Notes: generated by a model not told the origin, from the sequence alone. A stretch of 64,000 nt of DNA from Oscillospiraceae bacterium (GCA_015064635.1 SVRV01000008.1:12770-76769); one strand, 5' to 3'. Positions 6,514 through 16,420 are shown, counted from the stretch's first letter. Numbers and translations are program-made.

Positions 6514-8376
6514 TTATGTTGGCTCGTCTGTTACCTCTTCGGGTATGTATGGAGTGTCTTCTTCCGGCTCTGTCGGCTCGGTAGGATTGGTTTCCGGAAC
6601 ATTTTCTGTCGGTTCATCCGTTGTAGGCTCACCCTCGATAGGCTCACCCTCAATCGGCTCACCCTCAATAGGGTCGCCCTCAATAGGTTCACCCTCAATA
6701 GGTTCACCCTCAATAGGTTCACCCTCAATAGGCTCACCCTCAATAGGTTCACCCTCAATAGGCTCGCCCTCAATCGGTTCACCCTCAATAGGCTCACCTT
6801 CAATCGGTTCACCTTCAATAGGTTCACCCTCAATGGGTTCACCTTCAATAGGCTCACCCTCAACAGGCTCACCCTCAACAGGCTCTCCTTCAATAGGTTC
6901 ACCCTCGATAGGTTCACCCTCAACAGGCTCACCTTCAATAGGTTCACCTTCAATAGGTTCACCCTCCGAAGGAGTGTCCGGCTCTGTTTGAGGAGGAGTT
7001 GACGGGGTCGAAGGTGTTGAAGGTCTCGAAGGTCTCGATGAGCTTCCACCTGCAACACTTATTTTTGGAGGCTCTGTGTTGATGTCGCTTGCAGTATATC
7101 CGTCGGTATTGACGGTTGAGTAAGCTGAGCGGTATGGCTGTGACATTGTGATGTCACCGGAGTTTACCTTTTTGTTGTAAAGATTGAATGCCTTGTTTAC
7201 AATTTCAAGATTTTCGTCTATATAGAGTGAGTAGTACGATGCACCGCTTGATGAGAAATATCCTTCGCCTTGGGCAGTATAGAAGGTGATATTATCTGTG
7301 GAGAATTTACCGAAATCCACCTTCTTGACGAGTCCCATAAGGTCTGTCAGTGACATTCCGGTGGTTGTATACTCTATAAGAAGAGATGCAACGTTTGTCA
7401 GGCTGTCAAGTGAAAACCACTCGGAGGAGGTAAGCTTTCTTACCAGTGCGGCAAGGAATATCTTCTGTGCATCCACACGTCCCAGATCACCCAGACGGTA
7501 AGTGTTACGGAATCTTACGAACTGCTCCGACTGATTTCCGTTAAGCGTCTGCATTCCGGGGTAAAGGTTTATGTGGAGATTCTGTTCATTGTCGTTGTAG
7601 TACATTCTGAACGGAACATCCACCTCGACGCCGCCGATGGCATCAATTATCTTTACGAAACCGTTAAGGTCAATCATAAAGTAATTGTCAATGGTAATTC
7701 CAAAGGTTGATTCCACAGTGGATTCAAGGTATTTGAGGGATTCTTGTGAAGCCTCTGAGCGTGACAATCCGTTTCGGATGTTACGGCTGTATGCAAAGGC
7801 GTAAATCGCATTGATACGCTTGCTTGAATTCTTATTTATGGGGTCATCCACGTAGGTGTCACGTGGAATCTGAAGGACGTTCATCTTTTGAGTTGAGGTG
7901 TCAAAATTCACAACCATTATAACGTCGGTGTTTGAGCCGACTCTGTCTTTGCCCACTACCATAACGTTATATGCGTTCTTGTTACGGACTACACTGTTTC
8001 CGGCACCACCCTTTAATACTCCTATACCGAAGAAGTCCTCAAGGGTGTATACAGTTCCGATAGTACGCTCTCGGTTCATCCTTTCGGCATTAACAAAGGT
8101 ATATGCCCGTGTATTACCGAAGCTTTTTGTCAAATTGTTTTCAAAGGGTGTATGGTTCTCGTCCATGGAAAAATCAGCTACCAGATACCATATACCAAGC
8201 ACTGCCGCAATCAGCAAAATAAAGGACAAAAGACCAACGAGAACTCCGATAAGAATTTTCTTTTTCAGACTCATTTTCTTCTTTGTCTCGTTTTTTGTAC
8301 TTTCTTTTTTGGGGGATATATCCCTACGTGCTCTCATTCTGACATTGGCACTTGTTTGATTGTTCGTTTTCTTCAT
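6514..8376 (-). CDS. LytR-CpsA-Psr (LCP) family protein with a C-terminal acidic Pro-rich repeat tail
   Basis: 620 aa. It has a basic N-terminus, a single TM segment ([25 protein letters not shown]), and an LCP core ([22 protein letters not shown]...[11 protein letters not shown]). The tail carries 23 x GEP(I/V)E. Confidence 0.88.
   Translation of the reverse strand: MKKTNNQTSANVRMRARRDISPKKESTKNETKKKMSLKKKILIGVLVGLLSFILLIAAVLGIWYLVADFSMDENHTPFENNLTKSFGNTRAYTFVNAERMNRERTIGTVYTLEDFFGIGVLKGGAGNSVVRNKNAYNVMVVGKDRVGSNTDVIMVVNFDTSTQKMNVLQIPRDTYVDDPINKNSSKRINAIYAFAYSRNIRNGLSRSEASQESLKYLESTVESTFGITIDNYFMIDLNGFVKIIDAIGGVEVDVPFRMYYNDNEQNLHINLYPGMQTLNGNQSEQFVRFRNTYRLGDLGRVDAQKIFLAALVRKLTSSEWFSLDSLTNVASLLIEYTTTGMSLTDLMGLVKKVDFGKFSTDNITFYTAQGEGYFSSSGASYYSLYIDENLEIVNKAFNLYNKKVNSGDITMSQPYRSAYSTVNTDGYTASDINTEPPKISVAGGSSSRPSRPSTPSTPSTPPQTEPDTPSEGEPIEGEPIEGEPVEGEPIEGEPIEGEPVEGEPVEGEPIEGEPIEGEPIEGEPIEGEPIEGEPIEGEPIEGEPIEGEPIEGEPIEGEPIEGEPIEGDPIEGEPIEGEPIEGEPTTDEPTENVPETNPTEPTEPEEDTPYIPEEVTDEPT
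6626..6970 (-). repeat. 15-bp in-frame tandem repeat (23 units) encoding (GEPIE)n within the LCP gene
   Basis: GGYTCACCCTCRATA-type units are visible on the plus strand from 6626 to 6970. They translate on the minus strand as [15 protein letters not shown]. Confidence 0.9.
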
Positions 8377-8391
8377 TTTTCTCCCTTGTTT

Positions 8392-9573
8392 TCAACGCCT
8401 GTAAAAGTCCAGCGCGTCCAAAGTCCGTGGGTGGATAAACGTATTCTTTTCCTTCAAATATGAAACTGTATTTTCAAGTATGTGTTTTACAGCTTCTTCA
8501 AGAGCCCGCCTTTTTTCGGCAAAGCTTCTTGCATTTTCAATCGCATCATGCAAAAAGGCTCTTTCCTTTTTGCAGGTATCGTGTGTTCTTGTCTCCTCGG
8601 TGTAATCTGCCGTGAAGAGAATCATTTCAAAAAGTGACATGTCCGCCTTGCCCGTTGTGTGGGAGGCAACTGTGCGCCACATAGGTTCACCCATTTTTCT
8701 CGCAACGACAGCTCCCGAATTTGCATGAAGGGTGTCGGGGCTCTTTATGTCATTCTCTGTGAGAGCATCGGCAATTTTTGCGTGCTCGTCGGGAGGCAGA
8801 TATTTTGTTACATCGTGAAGAAGGGCGGCACGGCAGAGCTCACCGGCGAATTCGGGACAGAGGTGAGATGCAATATAAAGCGTTTCCTTTTCAACCGCAA
8901 GAGTGTGGGAAAACCTTTTTTCGGGAAGCATTCCCTTTACATATTCTCTGAGCTCCGTCATACTCTTTCTCTCGGTGTAAAGACTGTTTTCTTTGATATA
9001 GTCATATACACCCGTGTCAAGCAGCCTCGAGGATGTATTGTTTTTCAGTGAGTCTCTTATTTCGGTTGATGAAATTTCCACGGTTTTACCCGAAATAAGA
9101 ATGATTCTTGCCCCGAAGGTGTTCTCAAGGTATTCCTTTTGTGCTATTATATCCGAATTTTCATATCTGTCCATAACGGCTATAACGGCATTGTCAAAAA
9201 TCCACTTCGCCTCTCTCCACTGATGGAGGGTTAAGAACATATCCGTGCCCACATAAAGATAATAGTCCCCGGGATATGACTTTTTCAAGCTCTCAAGTGT
9301 AATTTTTGTGTAACTTTTTTCACCGCTTTTTTCAAAAAGCTCCTTTTCGATTTCCGAAAAGATTACCTTTGGCTGATTTCCGAGCGCTATTTTCACCATG
9401 TTCATTCTGTCCTCAAAGTCCGCCCAAAGAGAGGGCATTTCCTTATGAGGAGGGAAAAATGAGGGAATTACAAACACACTGTCCGGAGATACAGCCGAAA
9501 CAAACGCCTCAAGTGCATTTTTGTGACCTGCGTGAATAGGGTTAAAGCTACCCCCGAATATACCTATTTTCAT
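8392..9573 (-). CDS. nadD: Fusion of nicotinate-nucleotide adenylyltransferase (NadD) and an HD-domain phosphohydrolase (YqeK)
   Basis: 393 aa. The N-terminus GIFGGSFNPIHAGH carries the (T/H)xGH nucleotidyltransferase motif of NadD. The C-terminal half has the HD motifs HTLAV...LLHDVTK, typical of YqeK. Confidence 0.88.
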   Translation of the reverse strand: MKIGIFGGSFNPIHAGHKNALEAFVSAVSPDSVFVIPSFFPPHKEMPSLWADFEDRMNMVKIALGNQPKVIFSEIEKELFEKSGEKSYTKITLESLKKSYPGDYYLYVGTDMFLTLHQWREAKWIFDNAVIAVMDRYENSDIIAQKEYLENTFGARIILISGKTVEISSTEIRDSLKNNTSSRLLDTGVYDYIKENSLYTERKSMTELREYVKGMLPEKRFSHTLAVEKETLYIASHLCPEFAGELCRAALLHDVTKYLPPDEHAKIADALTENDIKSPDTLHANSGAVVARKMGEPMWRTVASHTTGKADMSLFEMILFTADYTEETRTHDTCKKERAFLHDAIENARSFAEKRRALEEAVKHILENTVSYLKEKNTFIHPRTLDALDFYRR

Positions 9574-9860
9574 TTTGGAAGTACTATCTTCTTGTTCTTA
9601 CTGCTTTCTCTGTAAAGCACGAACTTTGTGCCGATAACTATAACTACTTCGGAATTTGTCGCCTCGGCAAGAATTGACGCTCCCACAGCGGGACCGTCAA
9701 AGTAGGTATCAAGGGCTTTTATTTTAATAAGCTCTCTTGCTTCAAGGGCAGTGTCTACCTGCTTTATAAAGTTTTCCTCAATTCCGCCCTTTCCAATCTG
9801 GAAAATTGCGTCAATATTTGAAGCAAGTCCCTTGAGATATGCTCTTTGTTTACTTGTCAT
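9570..9860 (-). CDS. yhbY: YhbY/CRM-domain RNA-binding protein
   Basis: 96 aa. LTSKQRAYLKGLA...IFQIGKGGI is the CRS1/YhbY signature. A 4-nt ATGA-type overlap links it to nadD. Confidence 0.85.
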   Translation of the reverse strand: MTSKQRAYLKGLASNIDAIFQIGKGGIEENFIKQVDTALEARELIKIKALDTYFDGPAVGASILAEATNSEVVIVIGTKFVLYRESSKNKKIVLPK

Positions 9861-9861
9861 C

Positions 9862-10467
9862 TTATTTATACCTTTTATTCAATATTTCGGCAAGTGCTGT
9901 GAATGCTCTTGCTCTGTGGCTTATTTTGTTCTTTTCTGAAGCGGGAAGCACGCCGAAGCAACAGTTTGCCTCTCTGCAGAAGAAGAGAGGGTCATAGCCG
10001 AAGCCGCCGTTTCCCTGCTTTTCGTGAAGGATATATCCCTCAACCTCACCTCTCAGGGTAAAGGAGGTGTCTTTGTCTATAAATCCCACTGCGGCAACGA
10101 AACGTCCCGTGCGGTCGGTTACTCCTTCAAGATTCTTTAAAAGGAGTGCATTGTTGTCCTCATCGTCGGCATCCTTGCCGTCAATGGAGGCATATCGTGC
10201 GGAATAAATACCGGGTGCACCGCCGAGGGCATCTACTTCAAGCCCCGAATCGTCGGCAAACGAAGGAATTCCCGACTTATCAAATGCCGCCTTTGCTTTT
10301 ATGAGTGCGTTTTCCTCAAAGGTTTTACCGTCCTCTACGATTTCGCCCTCAAAGCCTATGTCGTCAAGAGTGAGCACCTCAAATTCAAATTCCAGATGTC
10401 TCGAAAGTATATCTGCAATTTCCTTTGCTTTGTGTGCGTTTCTTGATGCAAATACAAACTGTTTCAT
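9862..10467 (-). CDS. rdgB: dITP/XTP pyrophosphatase (RdgB/HAM1 family)
   Basis: 201 aa. FASRNAHKAKE...DDSGLEVDALGGAPGIYSARY...GFGYDPLF are Ham1-family motifs. Confidence 0.9.
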   Translation of the reverse strand: MKQFVFASRNAHKAKEIADILSRHLEFEFEVLTLDDIGFEGEIVEDGKTFEENALIKAKAAFDKSGIPSFADDSGLEVDALGGAPGIYSARYASIDGKDADDEDNNALLLKNLEGVTDRTGRFVAAVGFIDKDTSFTLRGEVEGYILHEKQGNGGFGYDPLFFCREANCCFGVLPASEKNKISHRARAFTALAEILNKRYK

Positions 10468-10470
10468 TTT

Positions 10471-11382
10471 TTATTCCTCAAAAAGTGCTTTTACAAAATC
10501 ATTGGGCTCAAAGGGACGGAGGTCATCCTGTCCTTCGCCTACACCGATGAATTTAACGGGGATGTTAAGCTCCTCCTTTACGGAGAATACTATACCGCCC
10601 TTTGCTGTGCCGTCAAGCTTTGTGAGGACAAGTCCCGTTATGTTTGCGGAATTCTTGAATTCCTTTGCCTGATTTACGGCATTCTGTCCGGTGGTGGCAT
10701 CGAGTACAAGGAGAGTTTCTCTTGCCGCACCCGGAAGCTCACGGTTTATTACTCTGTCTATTTTTGCAAGCTCGTCCATAAGGTTTTTCTTGTTATGAAG
10801 TCTGCCCGCAGTGTCAACGATAAGCACGTCGGCACCTCTCTTCTTTGCAACGGCAACAGCATCGTAAACCACAGCCGCAGGGTCGGAGCCCTCGGACTGA
10901 CGTACCATTTCAACGCCCACTCTGTCCGCCCAGATTCCAAGCTGGTCAATTGCCGCAGCACGGAAGGTATCCGCCGCCGCAAGAATGGGAGTCTTACCCT
11001 CTGATTTGAGATATGATGCTATCTTTGCAATAGAGGTAGTCTTACCTACTCCGTTTACGCCTATTACAAGAATTACGGAGGGCTTTGTATCCAGCTTCAG
11101 GGGAGAGGAGTCGCTTTCAAGCTTGCTTGCAAGAATTTCAAAAAGTGCTGTCTTGGCTACGTCGCCCTCTTTTATTTTTTCTTCCTTTATGCGTGCCTTG
11201 AGTTCGTCGATAATTTCCGATGAAAGGTTTACGCCCACATCCGCAAGGATGAGTGTTTCCTCAAGCTCCTCGAAAAAGTCGTCATCAAAGGCGGAAAAGC
11301 CCGAGAATATAGAGCTTACCTGCTTAACAAGTGCATTTTTGGTCTTGGTAAGACCGTTTTTCAGCTTTTCAAAAAATCCCAT
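10471..11382 (-). CDS. ftsY: Signal recognition particle receptor FtsY
   Basis: 303 aa. SRP-GTPase motifs are present: GVNGVGKTT, DTAGR, TKLDG. It lies immediately downstream of smc, as in many Firmicutes. Confidence 0.95.
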   Translation of the reverse strand: MGFFEKLKNGLTKTKNALVKQVSSIFSGFSAFDDDFFEELEETLILADVGVNLSSEIIDELKARIKEEKIKEGDVAKTALFEILASKLESDSSPLKLDTKPSVILVIGVNGVGKTTSIAKIASYLKSEGKTPILAAADTFRAAAIDQLGIWADRVGVEMVRQSEGSDPAAVVYDAVAVAKKRGADVLIVDTAGRLHNKKNLMDELAKIDRVINRELPGAARETLLVLDATTGQNAVNQAKEFKNSANITGLVLTKLDGTAKGGIVFSVKEELNIPVKFIGVGEGQDDLRPFEPNDFVKALFEE

Positions 11383-14300
11383 CAGTTAATTTCTCCTTGG
11401 TATTCGTCAAGGCTTACACGTATGTAGTCGGAAACGCCCTTTTCCTGCATTGTGATGCCGTAGAGCATATCCGCCGCTTCCATAGTACCTCGACGGTGAG
11501 TTATTACAATAAATTGAGTTGACATAGAGTAACGCTTCAGATATTCTCCGAAACGGTTTACGTTTGCCTCGTCCAGTGCCGCCTCTATTTCGTCAAAGAT
11601 ACAGAAGGGCGAGGGTGAAACCTTGAGTATTGCAAGGTAAAGGGCAATTGCAACAATACTCTGCTCACCGCCCGAGAGCAGTGAAAGACTCTTGATTATC
11701 TTGCCCGGAGGCTGTACATTTATGTCAATTGTACATTCAAGCACGTCCTCGCCGGTTACAACAATTTCCGCACTTCCTCCGCCGAAAAGCTCGGTGAAGG
11801 TTTCACTGAATGCCTTTTGTATTTTTACAAGTGCCGCCGAGAAGGTGTCACGCATTGTATTTTCAAGGGTAACAATAAGCTTTTCAAGTGATTTTTTTGC
11901 ATTGTCGGTATCGTCGAACTGTGCCTTGAGGAAATCGTATCTTTCCTTTGTTTCACGGTACTCCTCAATAGAGTCTATGTTTACCGAGCCAAGCTTCTTC
12001 ATTTCGGCACGCAGCTCGGTGAGTCTTGCCTCTTTTTCTTCCTTGGTGAGGGTGTGATTCGACCTTGCACTTGCGGCAAATATGACCGCTGTGTCAAAGT
12101 CCATTTCATAGTCCTCTGCAAGGCGGGTGAGTATGGAGGTCTTTTCCTTTTCAAGCTCCTCGCTTCTCGCCTTGAAGCGTGTGTAGAGTCTGAGCGAGCT
12201 CTCCTTTGCCTCGGTGAGTTGCTTTTGTGTTACACGCAGTGACATTGATGCCGCCTCAAGCTTTGATGCCGCATCGCTGTGAGTCTTTATCTGTACGTCC
12301 TTTTCGGCTATTGCCTTTTCAAGCTCGATTCTTTCAAGCTCGGTGTCGGCAATCATGGTATTTGCTCTGTCACGGCGTGAATACTGCTCTTTAATTTTTT
12401 CTTTGCCCTCGGCAATTGAGCTTTCCAAGCCCAGCTTTGCACTTTCAAGAGAGTTTATCTTCTCCCTTGCTCCTGCAAGGGCTATTTCTGTTTCATTCTT
12501 TTTGTCACCGAGTAAGGTCGCCTCTTCCATAAGAGTGAAAATTTCATTTTTCAGCTCTTCCACTCTGTTTTCCGCATCGGTAAGCTCCTTCTTTGCCCTT
12601 TCGGTTGCAATGGAAAGCTCCTTGCCCTTTTCAGTGATGCTTACAAGGTTTTCGCTGGTAACCTCGGAGGTTTCCACAACCTTGTTGTATTCCTCTGTTA
12701 TTTCGTCAAGTCTTGCACCAAGAGTTACAAGTCTTTCTTCAATGATATCTGACTGACGCTCAAGCTCGTCCTCACGCTTTTCAAGAAGCTCTACCTCACG
12801 CTCAAGCTCCAGGAAGGAGTTTTCGGTTTCGGTTTTAAGCTTCTCCAGCCTTGCCATCTCGGAGGTGTGGGCGTTCATTGCCTTTTCGGCAGCCTTTGCC
12901 TCATTTTCCAGCTTTTCTATGTCCGCACGTCTTGTGAGAATGTTACTGCTTTTAAGCGTCTGACCTCCCGTGAAGGAGCCGCCGGCATTAATGAGCTGAC
13001 CGTCGAGAGTGATAAGACGTATCTTGAAGTTCATACGTCTTGCAATTTCTCCTGCCGCATCAATATCGGTGGCAACCACCGTTCTGCCAAGCAGATTTCT
13101 CACGATTCCGCGGTATTTCTCGTCACATCTGATAAGCTTTGAGGCAATCGACACAAATCCCTTCATGCCCGAAATTGCCGATACATCTGTTTCACTGCCC
13201 GATACCGTGGTGAGTGGGAGGAAGGTTGCACGTCCCTGATTTGTACGCTTCAAGTACTGGATGGCATCCTTTGCCGCCTTCTCGTCATCCACAACAATGT
13301 TTTGCATTGCCGCACCGAGACAGGTCTCTATTGCTGTTATGTATTCGTTGTCCGTTACAATGAGCTTTGACACGGGTCCATGTATTCCCGAAAGGGAGGC
13401 ACCCATTACAGCCTTGACACTTCCCGAAAAGCCTTCAAGAAGCTTTTCCATACGGGACAGTGTTTCTTTTCGCTGATTTATTTCCATGAGCTTCAGTCTT
13501 GCCTGATGCTTCAGCTCATTTTGCTCCTCCCATTCGCTGTCGATTTCCTCGACCTTGTCCTTGCCCGAGTTGAGGGCAACCGATTTCTTCGCAAGCTCCT
13601 CTGTTATGTCATCAAGCTCACGGTCGGTCTTCTTCTTTTCAGCAAGAGCGGAGTTTTTTGCTTCCTCGGCAATTCTCTTCTGCTCGCCTATGGCGTCAAG
13701 TCTTTCACGGCGGATAAGGTTGTAGCTTTCGCCCTCCTTCTGCATCAGGTCGTTTTCGTTCTTTTCCGCCTGAACGGCTTCAAGAGCTGCACGCTTCTTT
13801 TCAACCTCGGCGTTTGCGGGGTCTATCTCCCCACGCTTGCTTGAGGCAAGAGCGTGCTTTGAGGCAATCTCTTCCTCATTTTTCTTTATATCCTCGATCA
13901 TTGAGGCGATATTCTTTTCAATCTCCTCACGCTGATTTGCCAGCGCCTCAATTGCAACAAGAGAGTCCTTTTCAGCCTTTTCTATTTCTCTGACACCCTC
14001 TTCAAAGTGAGAAATGTCATTCTTGTATATGGACAGATGAGAGAGTGTTTCGGACATTTTTGAAACAAGTTCGTCCTTTTCACGTCTTGCTCCGTCCTCT
14101 GCCATTTTTTCTCTTTGTACCGAGAGATAGTTCTCCTCAATTTCACGGTCTATGGAGTCAAGCTTGATACCCGCTTCGGTAAGTCTTGTGTTTTCCTCCT
14201 CAGCCGTCTTGTCAACCTCTGCCTTTTCCTTGTCTATATCCGCAATTCTTTCGGCAAAGCTTGAAACCTCAAGCTCTGTTCTCTCTTTTTTCAGTACAAC

Positions 14301-14945
14301 GTATTTCTGCGCCTTTTCGCTCTGACGTTCAAGAGAGGGCAGACGGGATTCGACCTCGGTGAGAATATCGCTGATACGGGTGAGGTTGTCCGAAACCTTA
14401 TCAAGCTTGTTTGTGGCATCCTTCTTTTGATACCTTAGCTTTGATATACCTGCCGCTTCTTCAAAAATGCCTCGTCTTTCGTCACTCTTTGTACTTATAA
14501 CATCGGCTATTTTACCCTGACCGATTACGGAATATCCCTCACGTCCGATACCTGTATTGAGGAAAATATCGACAATATCCTTCAGACGCACCTGCTTTTG
14601 ATTTATGTAATATTCGCTCTCTCCCGAGCGATAAAGACGTCTGCATACGTTTATTTCATCGGCATCAAAGGTGGAACGGCGGTCTGTGTTGTCAAGAGTC
14701 ATTACTACCTCGGCATAGCCTGCGGGCTTTCTCTTGGCAGTTCCGTTGAAAATAACGTCTTCCATTTTCGAGCCTCTCAGGGACTTTGGAGACATTTCTC
14801 CAAGTACCCAGCGCACGCCGTCGGATATGTTGGATTTTCCGCTTCCGTTAGGTCCGACTATGGCAGTGATGCCTCTGTCAAAGGATATGACAGTCTTGTC
14901 GGGGAAGGATTTAAATCCATGCATTGTCAATGCTTTCAGAAACAC
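11382..14945 (-). CDS. smc: Chromosome segregation protein SMC
   Basis: 1187 aa. It has an N-terminal Walker A (GPNGSGKSN), long coiled-coil regions, a hinge, a C-terminal LSGGE signature and a Walker B (IFDEIEAALD). The start is GTG 14945, preceded by GGAGG, giving MFLKALTMHGFKSF. Confidence 0.96.
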   Translation of the reverse strand: MFLKALTMHGFKSFPDKTVISFDRGITAIVGPNGSGKSNISDGVRWVLGEMSPKSLRGSKMEDVIFNGTAKRKPAGYAEVVMTLDNTDRRSTFDADEINVCRRLYRSGESEYYINQKQVRLKDIVDIFLNTGIGREGYSVIGQGKIADVISTKSDERRGIFEEAAGISKLRYQKKDATNKLDKVSDNLTRISDILTEVESRLPSLERQSEKAQKYVVLKKERTELEVSSFAERIADIDKEKAEVDKTAEEENTRLTEAGIKLDSIDREIEENYLSVQREKMAEDGARREKDELVSKMSETLSHLSIYKNDISHFEEGVREIEKAEKDSLVAIEALANQREEIEKNIASMIEDIKKNEEEIASKHALASSKRGEIDPANAEVEKKRAALEAVQAEKNENDLMQKEGESYNLIRRERLDAIGEQKRIAEEAKNSALAEKKKTDRELDDITEELAKKSVALNSGKDKVEEIDSEWEEQNELKHQARLKLMEINQRKETLSRMEKLLEGFSGSVKAVMGASLSGIHGPVSKLIVTDNEYITAIETCLGAAMQNIVVDDEKAAKDAIQYLKRTNQGRATFLPLTTVSGSETDVSAISGMKGFVSIASKLIRCDEKYRGIVRNLLGRTVVATDIDAAGEIARRMNFKIRLITLDGQLINAGGSFTGGQTLKSSNILTRRADIEKLENEAKAAEKAMNAHTSEMARLEKLKTETENSFLELEREVELLEKREDELERQSDIIEERLVTLGARLDEITEEYNKVVETSEVTSENLVSITEKGKELSIATERAKKELTDAENRVEELKNEIFTLMEEATLLGDKKNETEIALAGAREKINSLESAKLGLESSIAEGKEKIKEQYSRRDRANTMIADTELERIELEKAIAEKDVQIKTHSDAASKLEAASMSLRVTQKQLTEAKESSLRLYTRFKARSEELEKEKTSILTRLAEDYEMDFDTAVIFAASARSNHTLTKEEKEARLTELRAEMKKLGSVNIDSIEEYRETKERYDFLKAQFDDTDNAKKSLEKLIVTLENTMRDTFSAALVKIQKAFSETFTELFGGGSAEIVVTGEDVLECTIDINVQPPGKIIKSLSLLSGGEQSIVAIALYLAILKVSPSPFCIFDEIEAALDEANVNRFGEYLKRYSMSTQFIVITHRRGTMEAADMLYGITMQEKGVSDYIRVSLDEYQGEIN

Positions 14946-14997
14946 GGGCAGTACCTCCTTTCATGTTATTGATACATTTGTAAACATACATATCAGT

Positions 14998-15026
14998 ATT
15001 ATATAACGAAATGGAGAAAAATGCAA
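14998..15026 (-). promoter_or_regulatory. Candidate sigma-A promoter of smc
   Basis: On the minus strand: TTGCAT (15026-15021), a 17-nt spacer, then TATAAT (15003-14998). Confidence 0.45.
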
Positions 15027-15070
15027 GTTTTTTATTTCTAATATCGAAAAAAGTTCCGAGTTTTTCTTTA

Positions 15071-15310
15071 TTATATCCAGAAACCCAAAGCAAGTCCCAC
15101 AAGGCAGCCTGCCAAAAATAGTCTGAATGGGGAGAGAATGCTTTTTTTCTTTTGGTCTGCCTCAAGGCTTCCGAGCACCTTTTTTGCCTCAAGGATAGGC
15201 TCTTTTTTGTTTTTTAACTGATTTTCCTTTACAAGAAAAAACGCCTGCTCGAAATAGTCCGACCCCGTATCCTTCATTATTACAATGCGTCTGTTTGCAC
15301 CCTTTATCAT
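15071..15310 (-). CDS. Small hypothetical protein with a C-terminal TM anchor (79 aa from ATG 15310)
   Basis: The ORF-track entry is 15071-15343, but its first codon is TTG. ATG 15310 has AAGGAG about 10 nt upstream. The C-terminus FRLFLAGCLVGLALGFWI is hydrophobic. I recognise no family. Confidence 0.5.
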   Translation of the reverse strand: MIKGANRRIVIMKDTGSDYFEQAFFLVKENQLKNKKEPILEAKKVLGSLEADQKKKSILSPFRLFLAGCLVGLALGFWI

Positions 15311-15406
15311 TTTTTGTTTTCTCCTTTTGCAATAGAATTTCAAAAATATTTTGCACCATTTTTTTCCTTTTATGCGGTAAATTTTACCTGCGAATAAAAA
15401 TTATTG

Positions 15407-15435
15407 TTGACAAAGAGATTTTTATATATTATTAT
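15407..15435 (+). promoter_or_regulatory. Candidate sigma-A promoter of the plus-strand operon starting at 15494
   Basis: TTGACA (15407-15412), a 17-nt spacer, then TATTAT (15430-15435). Confidence 0.5.
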
Positions 15436-15493
15436 TGTAGACAATCGGTAACTTCGAAATACACATTTTTATCTGTTCAAAGGCGGCATAATT

Positions 15494-16420
15494 TTGAAAA
15501 GCGGTTTTAAATATTCTGACGACAACAAGAGATATCATACTCAAAACTATCACCTGAGACATACCTTTGGTTCAAAGGTTGCAAAGATCTCACTGGATGC
15601 CGGATTTACCTGTCCCAACATTGACGGTACAGTGGGCAGGGGAGGCTGCATATACTGTCTTGACGGAAGCGGAAGCGGCTCGCCCGACTCACTTCGCTGT
15701 CAGTTTGATACCGTCCGCCGTAAAATGAACGAAAAGTGGGAAACCGATAAATATATTGTTTACCTTCAGGCACATTCAAATACCTACGCACCCGTGGAAA
15801 AGCTAAAGCGGATATACGAAGAAGTGCTGGGATTTGAAAAGGTTGTGGGACTGTCGGTGGCAACGAGAGCCGACTGCCTTGACGAGGAAAAGGTGGCACT
15901 TCTTGAGGAAATATCCAAAAGAACGTATCTCAATGTAGAGCTGGGACTTCAAAGTGTTTTTGACTCCACGGCAAAGCTCATAAACCGAGGTCACACCTTT
16001 GACGCCTTTTGCCGTGGGTATGACAGTCTTGCATCAAAAGGGATAAAGGTGTGCGTTCACCTTATCAACGGGCTCCCCGGCGAAACAAGGGAAATGATGC
16101 TTGAAAGTGTTAAAAGGGTTGCCGATATGGACCCATTCAGCATAAAGCTGCACCTTCTTCACGTACTGCGTACCACTCCTCTTGAGAAAATGTACGAAAA
16201 GGGTGTGTTTGAAACCTTTGAGCTCACAGATTACGTTTCCCTTATATGCGACCAGCTTGAACTGATAAAGCCGGAGACGGTAATACAGAGGCTTACGGGA
16301 GACGGTGACAAGGAGCATTTGATAGCTCCTCTTTGGAGTATGAAGAAATTTGTGGTACTGGATGAAATTGATAAGGAAATGCACCGCAGAGGAACATTTC
16401 AGGGAAGCGGAAGAAAATGA
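15494..16420 (+). CDS. Radical SAM protein, TIGR01212 (YhcC-like) family
   Basis: 308 aa. FTCPNIDGTVGRGGCIYC is the characteristic Cys cluster region of this family. The apparent start is TTG, with no in-frame ATG nearby. Confidence 0.85.
   Translation: MKSGFKYSDDNKRYHTQNYHLRHTFGSKVAKISLDAGFTCPNIDGTVGRGGCIYCLDGSGSGSPDSLRCQFDTVRRKMNEKWETDKYIVYLQAHSNTYAPVEKLKRIYEEVLGFEKVVGLSVATRADCLDEEKVALLEEISKRTYLNVELGLQSVFDSTAKLINRGHTFDAFCRGYDSLASKGIKVCVHLINGLPGETREMMLESVKRVADMDPFSIKLHLLHVLRTTPLEKMYEKGVFETFELTDYVSLICDQLELIKPETVIQRLTGDGDKEHLIAPLWSMKKFVVLDEIDKEMHRRGTFQGSGRK

Noticed and set aside
6051-6584. 177-aa plus-strand ORF beginning MHRALCIVHRASCIVHRASCIMH.
   Set aside because: Its N-terminus is a translation of the 7-bp microsatellite. 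The rest is antisense to the well-supported rsfS gene.
6626-6970. Regular repeat array considered as a possible CRISPR.
   Set aside because: The units are 15 bp, directly abutting with no spacers, and lie in frame inside a long ORF. No cas genes are present in the window.
6418-7058. ORF-track entries 6418-7002 (+), 6446-6991 (+) and 6531-7058 (-), with repetitive translations ([10 protein letters not shown]..., [10 protein letters not shown]..., LLRVNLLKV...).
   Set aside because: They are alternative-frame or opposite-strand readings of the 15-bp (GEPIE)n repeat. A 15-bp period keeps every frame open. The minus-strand frame that continues into the LCP catalytic domain is the only one with independent support.
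14946-15493. Switch of gene orientation (all minus to the left, all plus to the right) considered as a possible replication origin.
   Set aside because: There is no dnaA or dnaN nearby, and I saw no cluster of DnaA boxes (TTATCCACA/TGTGGATAA) in the interval. Further strand switches at about 38.3, 45.6, 49.2, 50.0, 52.2, 53.3 and 59.0 kb show this is ordinary operon organisation.
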